From Paramecium tetraurelia (lineage: Eukaryota), in contig CT868063.1 in NCBI GenBank assembly GCA_000165425.1, forward strand, positions 124,001 to 188,000: DNA of 64,000 bases, given 5' to 3'. Under the pieces are notes generated by a model. It saw only the letters and a list, made by a program, of their open reading frames with translations, was not told the DNA's origin and searched no databases. Of the stretch, positions 25,182 to 38,400 are shown piece by piece; the stretch's first letter is position 1; every line of letters begins with the position of its first letter. Both the position numbers and the translations under genes were made by a program.

Positions 25182-27912
25182 ATGAATGGAAGAAATATGC
25201 CTTTAGGACATCATTATGAATATTCTCCTCAAGTGTAGTAGAGGAGTCTCGCAACATTGAAAATAATAGCTCCATTATGCATTGTATTGGCATTGAGTAG
25301 CATCGTAATTGGATTCGTCTGGTACTCATTTAATGGACTGACTGAATATTTGTTAGTAGGGATCAACAATGTAATCTCATTCTTTAATTTAAGATAGCAA
25401 TTCTATTCACTTGTATATTTTCTCTTTACTGGAGTTTTACATCCAAAGTGGTTGTCAATGAAGGAATCGATATACCCGAAGGACACCCCAGTTCCACATT
25501 ACCCTACCTTCATTCCCTCTTTACTTAATTGGTTTGCGCAATCGAAGGTGGGTTAGTCTTGAGTTTGATTGAATATGATTCCTACAACCAGTTTTTATTA
25601 GTTTTGCCACTCCAGATCCTTGAGATATTTCTCCTATTGTACATGGCAAACGTGAGTCGGTAATTCAACATCAGAGAATACGGTATTCAAAGATTGATCG
25701 TCTATGGAACATCTACTGTAAACTTAATATTTTTGATATTTGCTGCATTCAGTCTTAAATAAGTACCCCTATTAAGTCTATATTAGGTCATATTATAAAT
25801 AAACTCACAATTATACTAAATCTCAGCTACTAACATAGAGGTAACTCTAGTCAAAGTAGTATTGTTTGTGCTATTTATCACAACATTAGTAGTTTCAATG
25901 TTCAATTTGAAGAGAATCAAAATTTACTTCGTAACCCTCGCTTTTCTGATCCTGTGCATTTGCATATTAGCATGCTGCTGCAATGGCTTACTAGTCAGAA
26001 GAGTATAAGAATTGGAAGTTGAACTTTCAACCAACAAAGGTTGTAAGTTTGCAATGTAATCCATTTCGGAGAAGAGTTTGAATGATTAGTTGGAATGTTC
26101 ATAAAAATATTTTGATTTGGAATTATCCCCTTATCTTCCATGTGAATAGGACCTCTAAACTTACCAGTGGGAAACCAATTCAAAAAATACTAAACTGGGG
26201 TGCATCAATTCAAAATGTTGTAATAATGTTAAGCAATATGTGTTCAACCAAATCAATAGTCTTACAATATGGATTAATCTTATAGTAATGGTTGGAATTG
26301 TGCAAGCTTTTAATACTGCAATGTTATCGGAAGGATCCTATAAGAAATTCAGAATGCACATAGTTGGAGATGCTATGGTTTTCATCATTCTTGTTCTCTT
26401 AGCTATTTTAGTGGTTGTAGCATATAATATAACTCCGGAGTTATCTGTAAATGTACAGCATTCGCTTGTCAAGTATATACTTATACCCAATAATATATAG
26501 ATAAGAATCCATGTTGAATCAGATCACTGTTCTGCCATAACCAGTTTACAAAAACTTTGATAAATAAGAAAGATTAGTTGGATTCTACAATCTGTAAAGT
26601 TGTGAGCCTATCTCTTCTATTATGATTCAAAAGATTTCATTTAAATCTACTGAAAATTAACAGGGGTAAAACGATAAAAATAATTAGAATTACTCTAGCC
26701 ATTTCTGGGACAAATGGATAATTTGTTGCCTTAAAAGAGTATAATACTGAAAAACTAAAAATAATAATTGATGATGAAATAAACAAATCTATATTCTCAA
26801 CATAATCTCAACCATTTGATGGGATTATAATTTAAGGAGAAATAGATGAAGTTGAGAAGTTCTACAATAATAATTTACATTATTGTTCAGATAATCCACT
26901 AAGTGCAGATTTTGATTTCATGATTGATCATTATGATATTCCTTAACACCATAATAGAGTTTTGGAAGCATTAACCAAAGAACAATAGCAAATTGGAGAT
27001 CAAGCATTTAAATTCTATAATGCCTAAATTACTATTGAAAATTCTGTAGATTTTTCGCCTATAGCTGATGCTGTAACTAATTGATTCCTATTCTAGTTAA
27101 TCGAAGTCTATGAAGGTAAATTCCTATCTTAATCTTGTCAAATCATCAGGCAATTAGAAAACAACCTGCATGAACTAAAAACTAATGAGCAAGGGACTGC
27201 AGTAATCAATAACTTAAGTTAAGGATACTCTTATACTGTGTTAATCTATAAATCAGGTATAAATATCATAACATATTTAAAGGGTACAAAAAGTCGTGTT
27301 CTGTCCTTGATCTATAAAGAAGAGTGCCTAAAACTAACTATATTTTCAGATTAACAAAGAGTATACCTAAACATTCAGTTCGGATATTGTTAGAATGGAC
27401 ATCAAAGACTCTCAATTTGGATTTATACAGTGTGTTTAAAGTGGGAGAACACTCTTGTATAACTGGTGCTCTCTCTAAGTCATGCGGTGGAATGCAATAG
27501 ACAACTTTTTCAAAAAATGATTAAAATATAGAAGTGATCGACATCTATCAATTGGAACCATAAGTCTACACTATATTTGTGAAAAGATTCCTGACTAGGA
27601 GTTAAGCTTTAGATCTCTTAAAGAATCCTTTAGTCGGCTAAGAATGGATTGACGCAGATCCTCATATCACTGTGTACTTGAGTGAATTAAACTACCCTCT
27701 GATTGAATTTAGATTACCTTAAAGTACTAATTTTCATTAACTTAGATATCAATCTATAAATGGATAAATTAGATTTGACTTGGATGGTCTTTAAAATTGA
27801 TGGACAATAATCAGATGGTCCGTAATCTATACAAAAGATGGAATCTCTAATTACGAATGAGGATATCAGATCAAACACTGCATCCAATAAACCTTTCTGG
27901 CCAGAAATTTGA
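25182..27912 (+). CDS. Polytopic membrane protein (about 9 TM, Cys-rich loop) with a long C-terminal domain ending in a YfaP/DUF2135-like module
   Basis: Continuous ORF after removing tiny introns; hydrophobic segments 25250-26430; loop ...LGCINSKCC; VRILLEWTSKTLNLDLYS motif near 27375-27430. Confidence 0.7.
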
Positions 27913-28033
27913 ATTTTTTTGAACACATACACAATTATGTATTTATATAAGAACGAATACATTTATATTAATTTAATGATGTGACTCAAAATCAACTTAT
28001 AAAATTATAGGCATTTAAATTATGTAATAATGT

Positions 28034-28833
28034 TCATATATTATTATTTAAATTTGATCTTGGTGGAGCCTGTGGTTATACCTTTTAAGGGGCGGGCTAA
28101 TATTAGGGTTGATAGGCTGGGATCACTCTTGAAGAAATTATAGGTGAGGCATATTGTGGGGCATAAGTTACAGGCACAGCCTAGACTGGTTGCTGATAAA
28201 CTTAAACAGGCTATTGCACAACTTAGACTGGTTGTTGAACAACTTAAACAGGTTATTAAGCAACCTATTAGTGAACAACTTATCTTTCAACTGGATAATA
28301 TTCAACTCTTTCTTAGTATCTATCGACTGGTACGTATTCTATGAGATTACTTAATTATGAGTACCTGTATATTTCTCCTAGAACACTTAGGGTACGTATT
28401 CAGTCTGATATTCCACAGCATAGTATTCGGTCACTTTTCTCTCTCTTGGAACATATTACACTACTTCTTATTCTTCGTACTCAGTTATGGCCTTTTAGTA
28501 AGGAATGTATTCGATTCTTGACTCTCCCTTGATGTTTGGCTAAGTCTCATTTTAGATTAATACATGAACCGATTATTGGACAGGTTAGGCGATGACTGGT
28601 TAAGCCACGTATGATTGAGCCAATAATGGTTGTGGAGCGACAACCTGTTGAACGACAGGCTAGACAGGACTGGCAACACTGTAAGCCAAAGGAGCATTGA
28701 TGGGCTGATATTAGACAGGGGCCAGCGTGGAATAGGGTTGGTAGGTTTAAGGTTATCCAAAGAGGGCTGGTTGTTATTAGAATTATGGAGGTGCTTGAAT
28801 TGGTTTATTGGATGGAACTGGAGGAGGAGCCAT
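28034..28833 (-). CDS. EPI: Epiplasmin (membrane skeleton protein)
   Basis: Central KGESRIEYIPYQK....YEE...YVPRERKVTEYYAVEYQTEYVP...ERVEYYPVERQVV domain flanked by P/V/Q-rich arms; two introns. Confidence 0.93.
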
Positions 28834-28952
28834 TTAAATGTTTGAACTGTTAAAAGAAAATAAAATTTATTGTTCTTATTTTTTATGTGTTAAACTTATA
28901 TACAACAACAAATCTGGGTGGTTTTGAAATTTTATATATTTAATTTTTATAT

Positions 28953-31206
28953 ATGAAAAGAAGATAAATACAAGTTGGAAGCCCATTTGATGAAGCATAA
29001 AGTATATTGGGAGATCCATTATGGTTAGTTAATTACGCAATTTAAGTACCAAACCAACCTTTCCAGGAGCCAATTTAGTCTAATACTTAAATGAATGTAC
29101 CAACCATTCCAAAGGTCAAGGAATTAGCCCCAATCCAAGAAATCGACTTTCGAGAAGCTCTGCTTCAAGTAATAATCTTCTTTCTTCAACAAGGAAATTG
29201 ATAGCATATAAAAAAGTGAATAATAGGGTGCCCCTGTGGTTTAATAATAAGTCTTTCTGACATAAGAGAGGACTGCTCCACAACAGAGCTAACCTGTTAC
29301 TTAGCAGACTCAATCTAATTAGCAATAGAGCAGAGCACAACAATTGATTTAATAGTCATAATAACTGATACAAAGAAGGAGACAGCCCAAATAGTAGGAT
29401 CAGCATTAGAAGTAAAAAACTTAAATATCCAAGCGATGTTAATTAGCATTAGCAATAATCCAATCCAACTTAATAAGCTAATTCTTTTCAATCAACCAAA
29501 ATCGAAGAGAATATTCAATAACCTGTAATTTAAACAAATCAAAAATAAGACTCACAGAAATTAAAGGAATAGTAATATGAATCATAATAATACCAATAGT
29601 ATGAATAACCACAATAACAATAAAATCAAGATAATCATCCACAATTTTAAGTTGAAGTACCTAATGACTAATTACAAAAATTAATTGATCCTCCCATAAC
29701 TAAAGCAAATGCAAATTAAAATGAATAATTGAAGTAAAATTAAGTCTAAAGAACACGTCAGTAAGTCCCACCTCCAATAAAAAAAGAAATTTAGTAATAA
29801 CATTAAGTTGCTCAAAATGAAGTTAGACAACAAATACCTCAATAAAATCAATAGTTGTTGTTAAATAATCAGAATCACTAAAATCAATCATCAGTCATCA
29901 CTGCTTAAACATTTTATCATGGGCTAGTAAGCTATGATATATGTAATTATGAATCATAATTAAATTAGAATCAAATAAACTCAATAAACTTAGATACACC
30001 TCTCTTGTGTCTTAATATCCTGGTCCATTCTTTAAGAACAGAAGCCCAGATAATTTAAGATCGTTGCGTTACTTTTGGTCCTCCTTCACTACAAATAATG
30101 CCTTGTTGTAATTAGCCATTGATCACCTTGAAAAGCCACTCGAAAAGAATAGTGCTTTGTACATAATAGAGTCTAAATTGCTTAATGATTAAAGTGGCCA
30201 AGCATTTGTTGAAGTACACATATATGTGAGATTATCTTAGGCCTACGAAAGAATATACAATCAAAATGATTGGGAAACTAAATTGTTGGTGAGCATCTTG
30301 GAAGGAGAATTCATAAATACTAAGTAATAATAGAGTTTAATTGAATACATAAAAAAGAGGTCTTATCATGATGATTAAGAGGCCTGGCTAATTCGATTGG
30401 CAGTTTTGCTTAAGATGATCCCAATTGACCAAGAATACTATTCAGAATTACTCATCTAATTATAGCATCTATATTCAAGCGAATAAATCTAGGCTCGATT
30501 ATTGTGGCTATTATTAAAGATGGAGATTTAGAATACCTAATTGGATGTATTTTTGTTGAGCTTTTTTACAAAATTTAATTACAGTCTATGTCATTCTGAA
30601 ATTCAATTGTTGATTGGAGATTCTCACATGTGTATCCATAATTAATAGAACGCTGAATTATACTATAAGTTGAGTTTGCTATTTGTGGAATCCGAGAATT
30701 ACGATAAGGCATTGGAGTGTGTCAAATTCTCAATTGATCTGGGATATCATTCCAAAGCCAGAGATTTGAGAGAAAGAATATTGTAAGTGATAGAATTGAA
30801 GGAAAAAAATAAATCAAATAACAACAATAGTGGTCTTTTTGGGTATTTCGGTTAGGCGGTCAATGCTGTCAAAAATATATAGAAATAACAACCTTAATAA
30901 CAACAAGCCACCTATTAGCCATAGCCATAAAACTTTTATTATGACAAATAATTAAAAGCTTATGTGATTAATGGCGTTCCGTAAATAGCTCCTCCTGAAG
31001 AGGAATAAAAGAAGGAAGTAGTTGTGGCAGCTCCTCCTCCTCCTAGAAGAAAGATTGATCCACCAAAACCTGTTGTCTATGAAGAATAAATAACTTAATA
31101 AACATAAGAAGCAACAGAAGACCCTTTTGCATCTTAATCATAAGCTCATTAATCAGAACACAATAAGAAAAAGAATAATTTATTGAGGAATAGATATGTA
31201 TAATGA
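28953..31206 (+). CDS. Sec16-like COPII scaffold protein
   Basis: Gln/Pro-rich N-terminus, YPGP, helical domain with YYKLSLLFVESENYDKAL, C-terminal NFYYDKQLKAYV and RNRYV motifs typical of Sec16. Confidence 0.7.
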
Positions 31207-31214
31207 GTATAATA

Positions 31215-32811
31215 TCATAATGCTGACAATTCTTAACCAGGACCATCTTCCTTATCTATTTAAGATTGTTTGGTCAAGAAATTCTTGTTCTCTTCTAACT
31301 TTTCAGTTCTATTTTTGCATTTCCTATAACAAACGAATCCGACTATCAATAACCATACCATAATAAAGATTATGATGAATGCAATTACAAATAGAATAAG
31401 GTTAGCCTTTGAAAGTAATGATACGTCATCTATTACTATTTTGAATACTTGATCTACTTTAGTTGCTTCAAAAGGATTTGTTGAATTCTAAAAGTAACTT
31501 GAAACTAAATAGTATTGTTAGAACATTTCCTAGGATTCACACTCTATATGGGCAGGTATAATCGATAGATTGAGTAATCTAATTTGTTTTTTTGATAGGC
31601 CAACGACAGAGTTATTCCAAGATTTGAGTTACAACATTTAAGGGAATTCGAAATAATTATTGCTTGTAAACTTGATAAAATTAGAATAAATAGAATGCTG
31701 AATGATTTTATGGACTTCATAACCAATCAGTACAGCAAAATGCTCATATACTTTAACATCGTAGAATTGCATATCATCAAGGTAATAATGATTAATGTAA
31801 AAGGAATTGTCTGTAAAGTTTAAGAAGGCTTCAACTGCATAATCTTATCTGGTTATCGATTCAGCTATAATAAAGAAGGTATTATTGTAATGCCCAAAAT
31901 CACTTCCCTTTAATATTGGCACTCTGAATTTAACCTTAAATTGATAATCACAAATATATAGTCCGTGATTATGATCCAAGATAAATAGATCTAAAATAAT
32001 AATATGAGTAGAATACTTTCATCATCACCACTGATATCCACTGCATCCAGATGTGAATTATCTATTCTTAATTGTACATTCTCGTGTTTCAGCACCCCAT
32101 CCTTGAAAACATAAATGTCGATTCCCTCATTTCCGCAAGCCACATAAATCCTATCATTCTTAATAAAAGCATCGTAGATCATCGATCTTTTCTTGAAGGG
32201 TTCCTCGTTTATAAAAAATACTGTTGAATCCAAGGGACTAAATAATCAGATTTACTGCCTTACATCCAATCTGGTATGCTGACACCTCCACCTTCTGAGA
32301 TGATGTAGATCCTTTTATTGATAGGATTCTATATGAAAATGGGATGACTAGTGGAGGTCTATTAAATTTTTATTTTTTTTTATTAAATGGTCTTAATGAA
32401 TTGATTCTCCGATAAATTTATTTCTTATAGAGTGAAGTCATTTCTGATAATCAAAGCTCTATTTTGTAAGATAATCAGATCAGTATAAAATATTTTTTCA
32501 TCTGCTGGTAATCCCATTCTTAGTTTTTGTTAGACAGGGAAGGACTTCTATATAGCTCGGCATCCAGCTGTTCCATTTAGTTTGTTCTCTTCTTAAACCA
32601 ATGTATCGTAATCATTATCTGTGTAGGAATAAACTCTATGGTCGGAATCACTTCTTTTCCATAAAAGGATTTAAAAGCAATTTGGGTCTTCATATAGTGT
32701 TTTGACTTAGTTCATGATTGCATAGTGGGTTGTGGAATTCAATTTTTTTGTAATTACTTGTGCTTCCTATTTGGATGCCCATACAGATTAAAGTAATAAT
32801 AAAATAAACAT
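31215..32811 (-). CDS. Type I membrane protein with LVIVD-like beta-propeller repeats
   Basis: Signal peptide MFILLLLQSVWA, IYVACGNEGIDIY and LDHNHGLYI repeats, single C-terminal TM then short tail. Confidence 0.68.
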
Positions 32812-32822
32812 AATATTAATAA

Positions 32823-33620
32823 ATGATAGAGTCCAAAAAGTCAGAACTAAAAAATGATTTGAAGGAAACCAATTAATAGATATACGAATTGATCGAATAA
32901 GCCAACTAGCAATTATAAACCTCATTTAACAAAAGAGAAGAGGAATTGTTGAAGTTATATAAATAGGAGATGCTTAATGTTTAAAGACAACTAGTTAAAA
33001 TAAGAGATGAGGAGAGTTAGACTGAGATTGAGAAAAGAATTCAAAAGAATAGAGAGGAACTAGCAAAGGAGAGAGAGTTGTATCTTGAGAGGAGCATTAA
33101 GTTGAGTGATAACATTAAAGAATTGGGTAAAATTGATCGTGATATTCGATAAAGTTTCAATGAATTGCAGAGTGAAATCAAATTCTTGGATGAATAGTTG
33201 ATTTATGCTGACAAACACAACATAATATTGCAAGAGGAATTGAACAGTTTGGGAGAGGAAGAGCAGCAAATTCAGACTTAAATTAGAAGATAACCGAAAT
33301 CAATGTAGCAATTATAATCAGTTCGTTTGATGCCATTGCCACAAATCAAGAGGAATTCATGTCATTTACAATAGGAGCAAGAATTGAATGCAAAATTAAA
33401 GTAGCAAATTAATTAAGTTGAGGAATTCTAAGAATCAGAATTGGAGCGATGTTTTGATGAGTCACTCTTAACTGTAACGGAGTAGAGTGAGGCATCTACC
33501 AATATTGATTTAACATGTTGTAATGATTTTTCTGAGTATTCTAAACGAAGAATTTTCGAAGACTTTTTAGAAAAACCATATGTAAAATAAAAAATCTATG
33601 AATTATTAATAAATAAATGA
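32823..33620 (+). CDS. Coiled-coil hypothetical protein, 265 aa
   Basis: Intronless E/K/Q/L-rich ORF MIESKKSELKNDLK...YELLINK*. Confidence 0.75.
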
Positions 33621-35397
33621 ATAAGTATATTACGTATATCAACATTCCAGAGGTCCGTGGTAAAATACCAAAGTGTTAGATATGTGCAAAGGGCTTTTCA
33701 AAAGTGACAACACGAGAACATATGTGCAAAAGGTAGAACAATTATTTGATTATTTCATTCCAGATGTTTGAGAGTTGTCTGTAGTACTTGTTCTCCATTC
33801 AAAATTACATTCGAGTTGAATAAGGGTAGAAGACTATGTAAAACATGTAAAGATGTAAATTAACACCTTTTCTTTTAAGGAATAAGATTCAATCAAATCC
33901 TTTGTAGAATATTATCATATTGCTTATGGTGTTGATACCCTCTCAAAACAATGGCTTGGAAGTGCATTTAATTCTTAAGATTACAAGACTGCGAGAGAAT
34001 CCACTAAACTTAAAATGGATTAGATTGAGTTTGCTGGTTTAGATAACATTAACTATTCCTTGAAGGATTTCTATGCATTAGCTGGAAAAGATAATGTGAA
34101 ATTGTAGAATGTTTGCATGACATTTTGTTCAAAGAATCCAGACATCAAATTGACTGCTGATATGATTTGTTTAGCTAATTTTTTGCTTTGTTTCTCATCT
34201 GAAGCTTCTGCCTTTTAGCTCCTAAATATCATATACAGATAAAAGCCACCTGAGGAGTTTTTAAAAAGCATAGTAACTTGTTGTGTAAAAGGATTCAATA
34301 TGTCTGAGAGTGATACCATATATTTGAGACAATTTTTGGAAGCCAGATTAAAAAGATATTTGCTTACATTTTCAATTAATATGTTCAATTTTGATACCAC
34401 TCTGCTGTTGATTTAATAACTGATACAAAAATATGATTATTTCATTCAAGGGTTATCAGCTATTTTTATGATTGCTAGTCCGAATCTGAAATCCTCGACT
34501 CATGAAGAGTTAGAGATTTACATTTTAAGAGAAATCAGAAGAAAAGAAGTAGAACTTAAACTCAAAACTATTTAATAACCAAAACCAAAATAGGATTCAG
34601 AGAATAAGGATCGAACTCAATCTATCATGAGTTTGGCTTTTTCGACTTTCGAATAATAAGATACATCCCAGATAAATGATTTAAAAACCGAGATTTCAAA
34701 TCTTAAATTATAATTGTCATTGAAGGATAATGAAATTGAAAGTTATAAGTTTCAGTTATCTTAACTTTAAATACCAGATTAATAAAAAAAAGAAAAGTTT
34801 CTAAAGTAAAAATGCGATGAAATTGCAATTCTATTATCTAGAATTGACGAATTAACACTTGAGAATTAGGTCTACTAAAAAAAGGAACGTACTAATTCAG
34901 ATTTCTCATTAATGTATTAACAATCATAGAAAATCATAGAGGAAAAACAGAAATAAATTAACAGATTGAAAGATAAAGTGAAAGAGAGTTCTTTAGAGAA
35001 TAGGACTATGTCTTTATCCTTGGCTGGTGGAGTTTAAGGTATTCTGTCAGGAAAGGAGGTTTAAGAGTTGAAATAGGGTTTTGAAGAGGAGAAGCAATTT
35101 CTGACTGATTAAATAAAATAGTTGGAAAGTAGCAAGGCCCTCTTACAAAAGAGTTTGGATGCTCAAAAGAAACTGAATCAAAGAGTAATCGACTATATTG
35201 GGTCTATGACTTTAAATAATAAGTTAATTGAATTGTAAATTAAGACTTCTGAAGAAAAAGAAACAATTTCATACAAAGATGAGGTCAATAACTTGATTGA
35301 TATAAAAAATTAGTAGAACCAGATGCTGTCTAGATTACAGAGTACTAATTTGCAATAAATTGAGGAACTCAAAGTTAAAATTAAGAATTTGAAATGA
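33617..35397 (+). CDS. FYVE-type zinc finger + degenerate TBC (Rab-GAP)-like domain + coiled coil
   Basis: CQICAKGF...REHMCKRCLRVVCSTCS...RLCKTC after removing one intron; LQNVCMTFCSKNPDIKLTADMICLANFLLCFSSEASAF resembles a TBC core. Confidence 0.75.
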
Positions 35398-35436
35398 ATG
35401 AATTAATTGTTGATCATTAATTATAAAATATTTAAA

Positions 35437-38400
35437 ATGTAAAAGAGAGAATAAATCAATCAAATAGTCAATTCTTTAAAATATAAATTTTTCAAGTAAT
35501 CCTCCTTCTATTTAGAGTTATTTATCTTATCCTTAAGTAATGGTCGAACTATTAGTGGATCACAATAATTATATGCTTAACCTAGTATCTGCAATATACC
35601 TACTTAAACTTTGGTCTCAAGGTTTAGTATGTATGGAGAAACAAGGCCTATAGTGATATGATCAACCTCCTATTGAAGTAAGTCTCATATATGAAAAATA
35701 GGTATTTTACAATAACAATATCTGTCAAGAATCTAGGAATCGGAACCTACCTCACCATCTTTTACTTTTGTTTGGGTTTGGTGTTATTTTCAATATTACT
35801 GATAATGCTTTTGGCTTTTGTGATTTAAAACAAGAAATTGCAGAGAGGACCCTTAATATTGCTACGCCTTTTGTTGAGAATTATTCTTACCTTTGGTTTC
35901 TGGCCAATAGTGAGGATGCAATTTGGCTTATTGGCTTGCGAATACAACAAGAAAGGCAAGCTGATTATGATGTTCGAGTAATCCTAAGAGTGCTGGACAT
36001 CAGACTATTATATTCATGCAATCGTAGCAATATTAGGATTAATAATCACATTGAGCTTTGGTGTATTGATGGCCTTCGTAACTTATGAATCAAGGAGAAC
36101 TGACTAAGATGCAAATGCAATGAGAAATGGAAGATCCTATTATTAGTTGTTGATCTACATATTCACTCAGATAATGACATACTAGTTATTGGCAACACCT
36201 GAATACACAATATTGATCATAGCAGTCTTTTTGATTGGGAGTTCCATTGTATTTATAAATACCCATATCGACCAACCTTACTATGATACATTCATATAGA
36301 AAATGTGGTCGATCTTGGCAGGAGTAAATTTTTGGACAATCATTATGATGTTCTATTCATATCTTCTGGATGGCAAAACCTTTTAAAATACCATCTAAGC
36401 ATGGCTGCTAGGGATTCCCCTAATTATTGGCATCATAATATTTAGATAGAGAGAACAATTTGATTTGATGAGGGCAAATTTAAGAAAGTTTCAAGATGGG
36501 GGATAGGTCATAAAGTTATGCGAATATCTTTTGCTTCTCATTCACAACTCAAGTAAATCTCAGAGGTATTAACTGCTGATTGATAGTTATATTGAAGTCC
36601 ATAAAGAAGTTTGCAATAGAAACGACTGTGTTGTCAAACTCAAGGAGGAAATGGCAAATAAATTTAAGGGCAATCCCAAATACACCAATCGAAAAAATAT
36701 AGTCAATGAGTTGATCACTCAAATTTATTAGGAATCCATCAAGAATTTTCCAGAGGACATTCAATTAAGACTTAGTTATGTTTACTTTCTTTATGATAAT
36801 AAAAAATCTTATTCTTTAATCATGTCAGAATTAGTCCAAGCTATGGAATTCAAACCAACCTTTGATTATGAGTTTCATATTTACAGATACAAATTAATTA
36901 TTGAGGAAGAATCCCAACAAAAAGCAGAACAATTTGATATATCCAATTCAACTAAATAAACCAAATAATTGATTGAAGTTCTAGAATAAGCAGCATTGCA
37001 AATGATAGAATTTTGGATCTCTATGTCTGATGATCATCCAGATATGAATAAGCTCATGAGTTTGGGATTCAAGATTTTGAAGTAAAAAGAAGAAATAGAT
37101 TTATTTTGGTCTAAGTTGAAAAACAGCGATTCTTTAAAATTATTTAATTTGATGGCTAAATTTTACCTTTTGGTATTGGATGATTAAGAAGTTTCAGATC
37201 AACTACAGAATCAACTTTGGGTCTTATAGAAAATTAAATAGTAAGAGGTAACTGAAATAGAAGAAGTATGCAATAAATCGATTCCAACGTTAGTGGTAAC
37301 TGCATAATTTTAAAACTTCCATATCTAAACTGTTAATAAAGCTTTATGCAGTCTGCTCGGATATTCTAAAACGGATCTTATTGGGAGATCTGTCAATCAA
37401 GTAATTCCAGAGATGTAAATATTTATATATATATATATTTAATTAGATATGCGACTCAACATAATTCTTGTTTGGAACTATTTATTGAAAATTAAGCCAA
37501 ATATTAATAAAATTTAGTTACTTAGATTGTCTACCTTTAAGCAAAAAGTAATTATATAATACCTCTGTATTCAAATGTAAAATTGATACAAACAAATAAT
37601 AATCAATTGTATTTCATTGCATAATATCAATAAACCTTCAGTCCAAAATAATAATGTATTTTACTCTTAGACATGGAAGGATACATAGAAAACATAACAA
37701 GTTCTTGCATTATATTGTTGAGATTGGACATTATTAAAATACAGATGAGAAGAATCAACATTAAAGAACTATTTCCGGATTTTCATTTTAGAAAATAAGA
37801 ATTTCTATAAAAAAGTGGAGCAAAACTACACCTTATTCCCCATGGCTTGAAATTCAGTACTAGAACTGTAGACACAGTAAGTATTTACGAATAGATTGAT
37901 TTTCAATGTTATTTGAATTACATTTAATTTCCATGTATCTAAGATGAATAACTTTATGGCATAGTAATGAGATTAGAAAAAATTATCAGTCATAATGCTT
38001 CAGAATCCATTTTGAAATTAACCCCATAATAATAACCCAAAATAACTAGATTTCCTATTTTTTAATTCATTCCTCCATCAGTTTATTATTTGGACTATTT
38101 AAGTGTAACAGAGATTGAAGAGTCGATGGATCTTAAGTTGTCTTAAGACAATTAACCTAAATTATCTAAAATTGTGAATTATTTTTGCATGGTAAAAAGG
38201 ATGTCATAATCTTAAAAACAAAGCATTCATTATGATGATGGAATTAGAGTAAAACGATTATGGGATGGGTAGATTAGAGATTTAGAAGATTTTGATATTG
38301 AATAACAATAATTAGAAGATGATGAAGAGGAATATTTAAATTCTCAATAATTAATTAAGGAAAAAGATAAAGAGATGCAGGAATTTCAACACTACTTTGA

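Noticed and set aside
24940..25185. Short plus-strand ORF between MCCC2 and the 9-TM gene
   Set aside because: No recognisable motif or homolog in the window; short TGA-free stretches arise easily with a one-stop code.
28144..28845. Several plus-strand and wrong-frame ORFs in the track
   Set aside because: Shadows of the epiplasmin gene on the minus strand.
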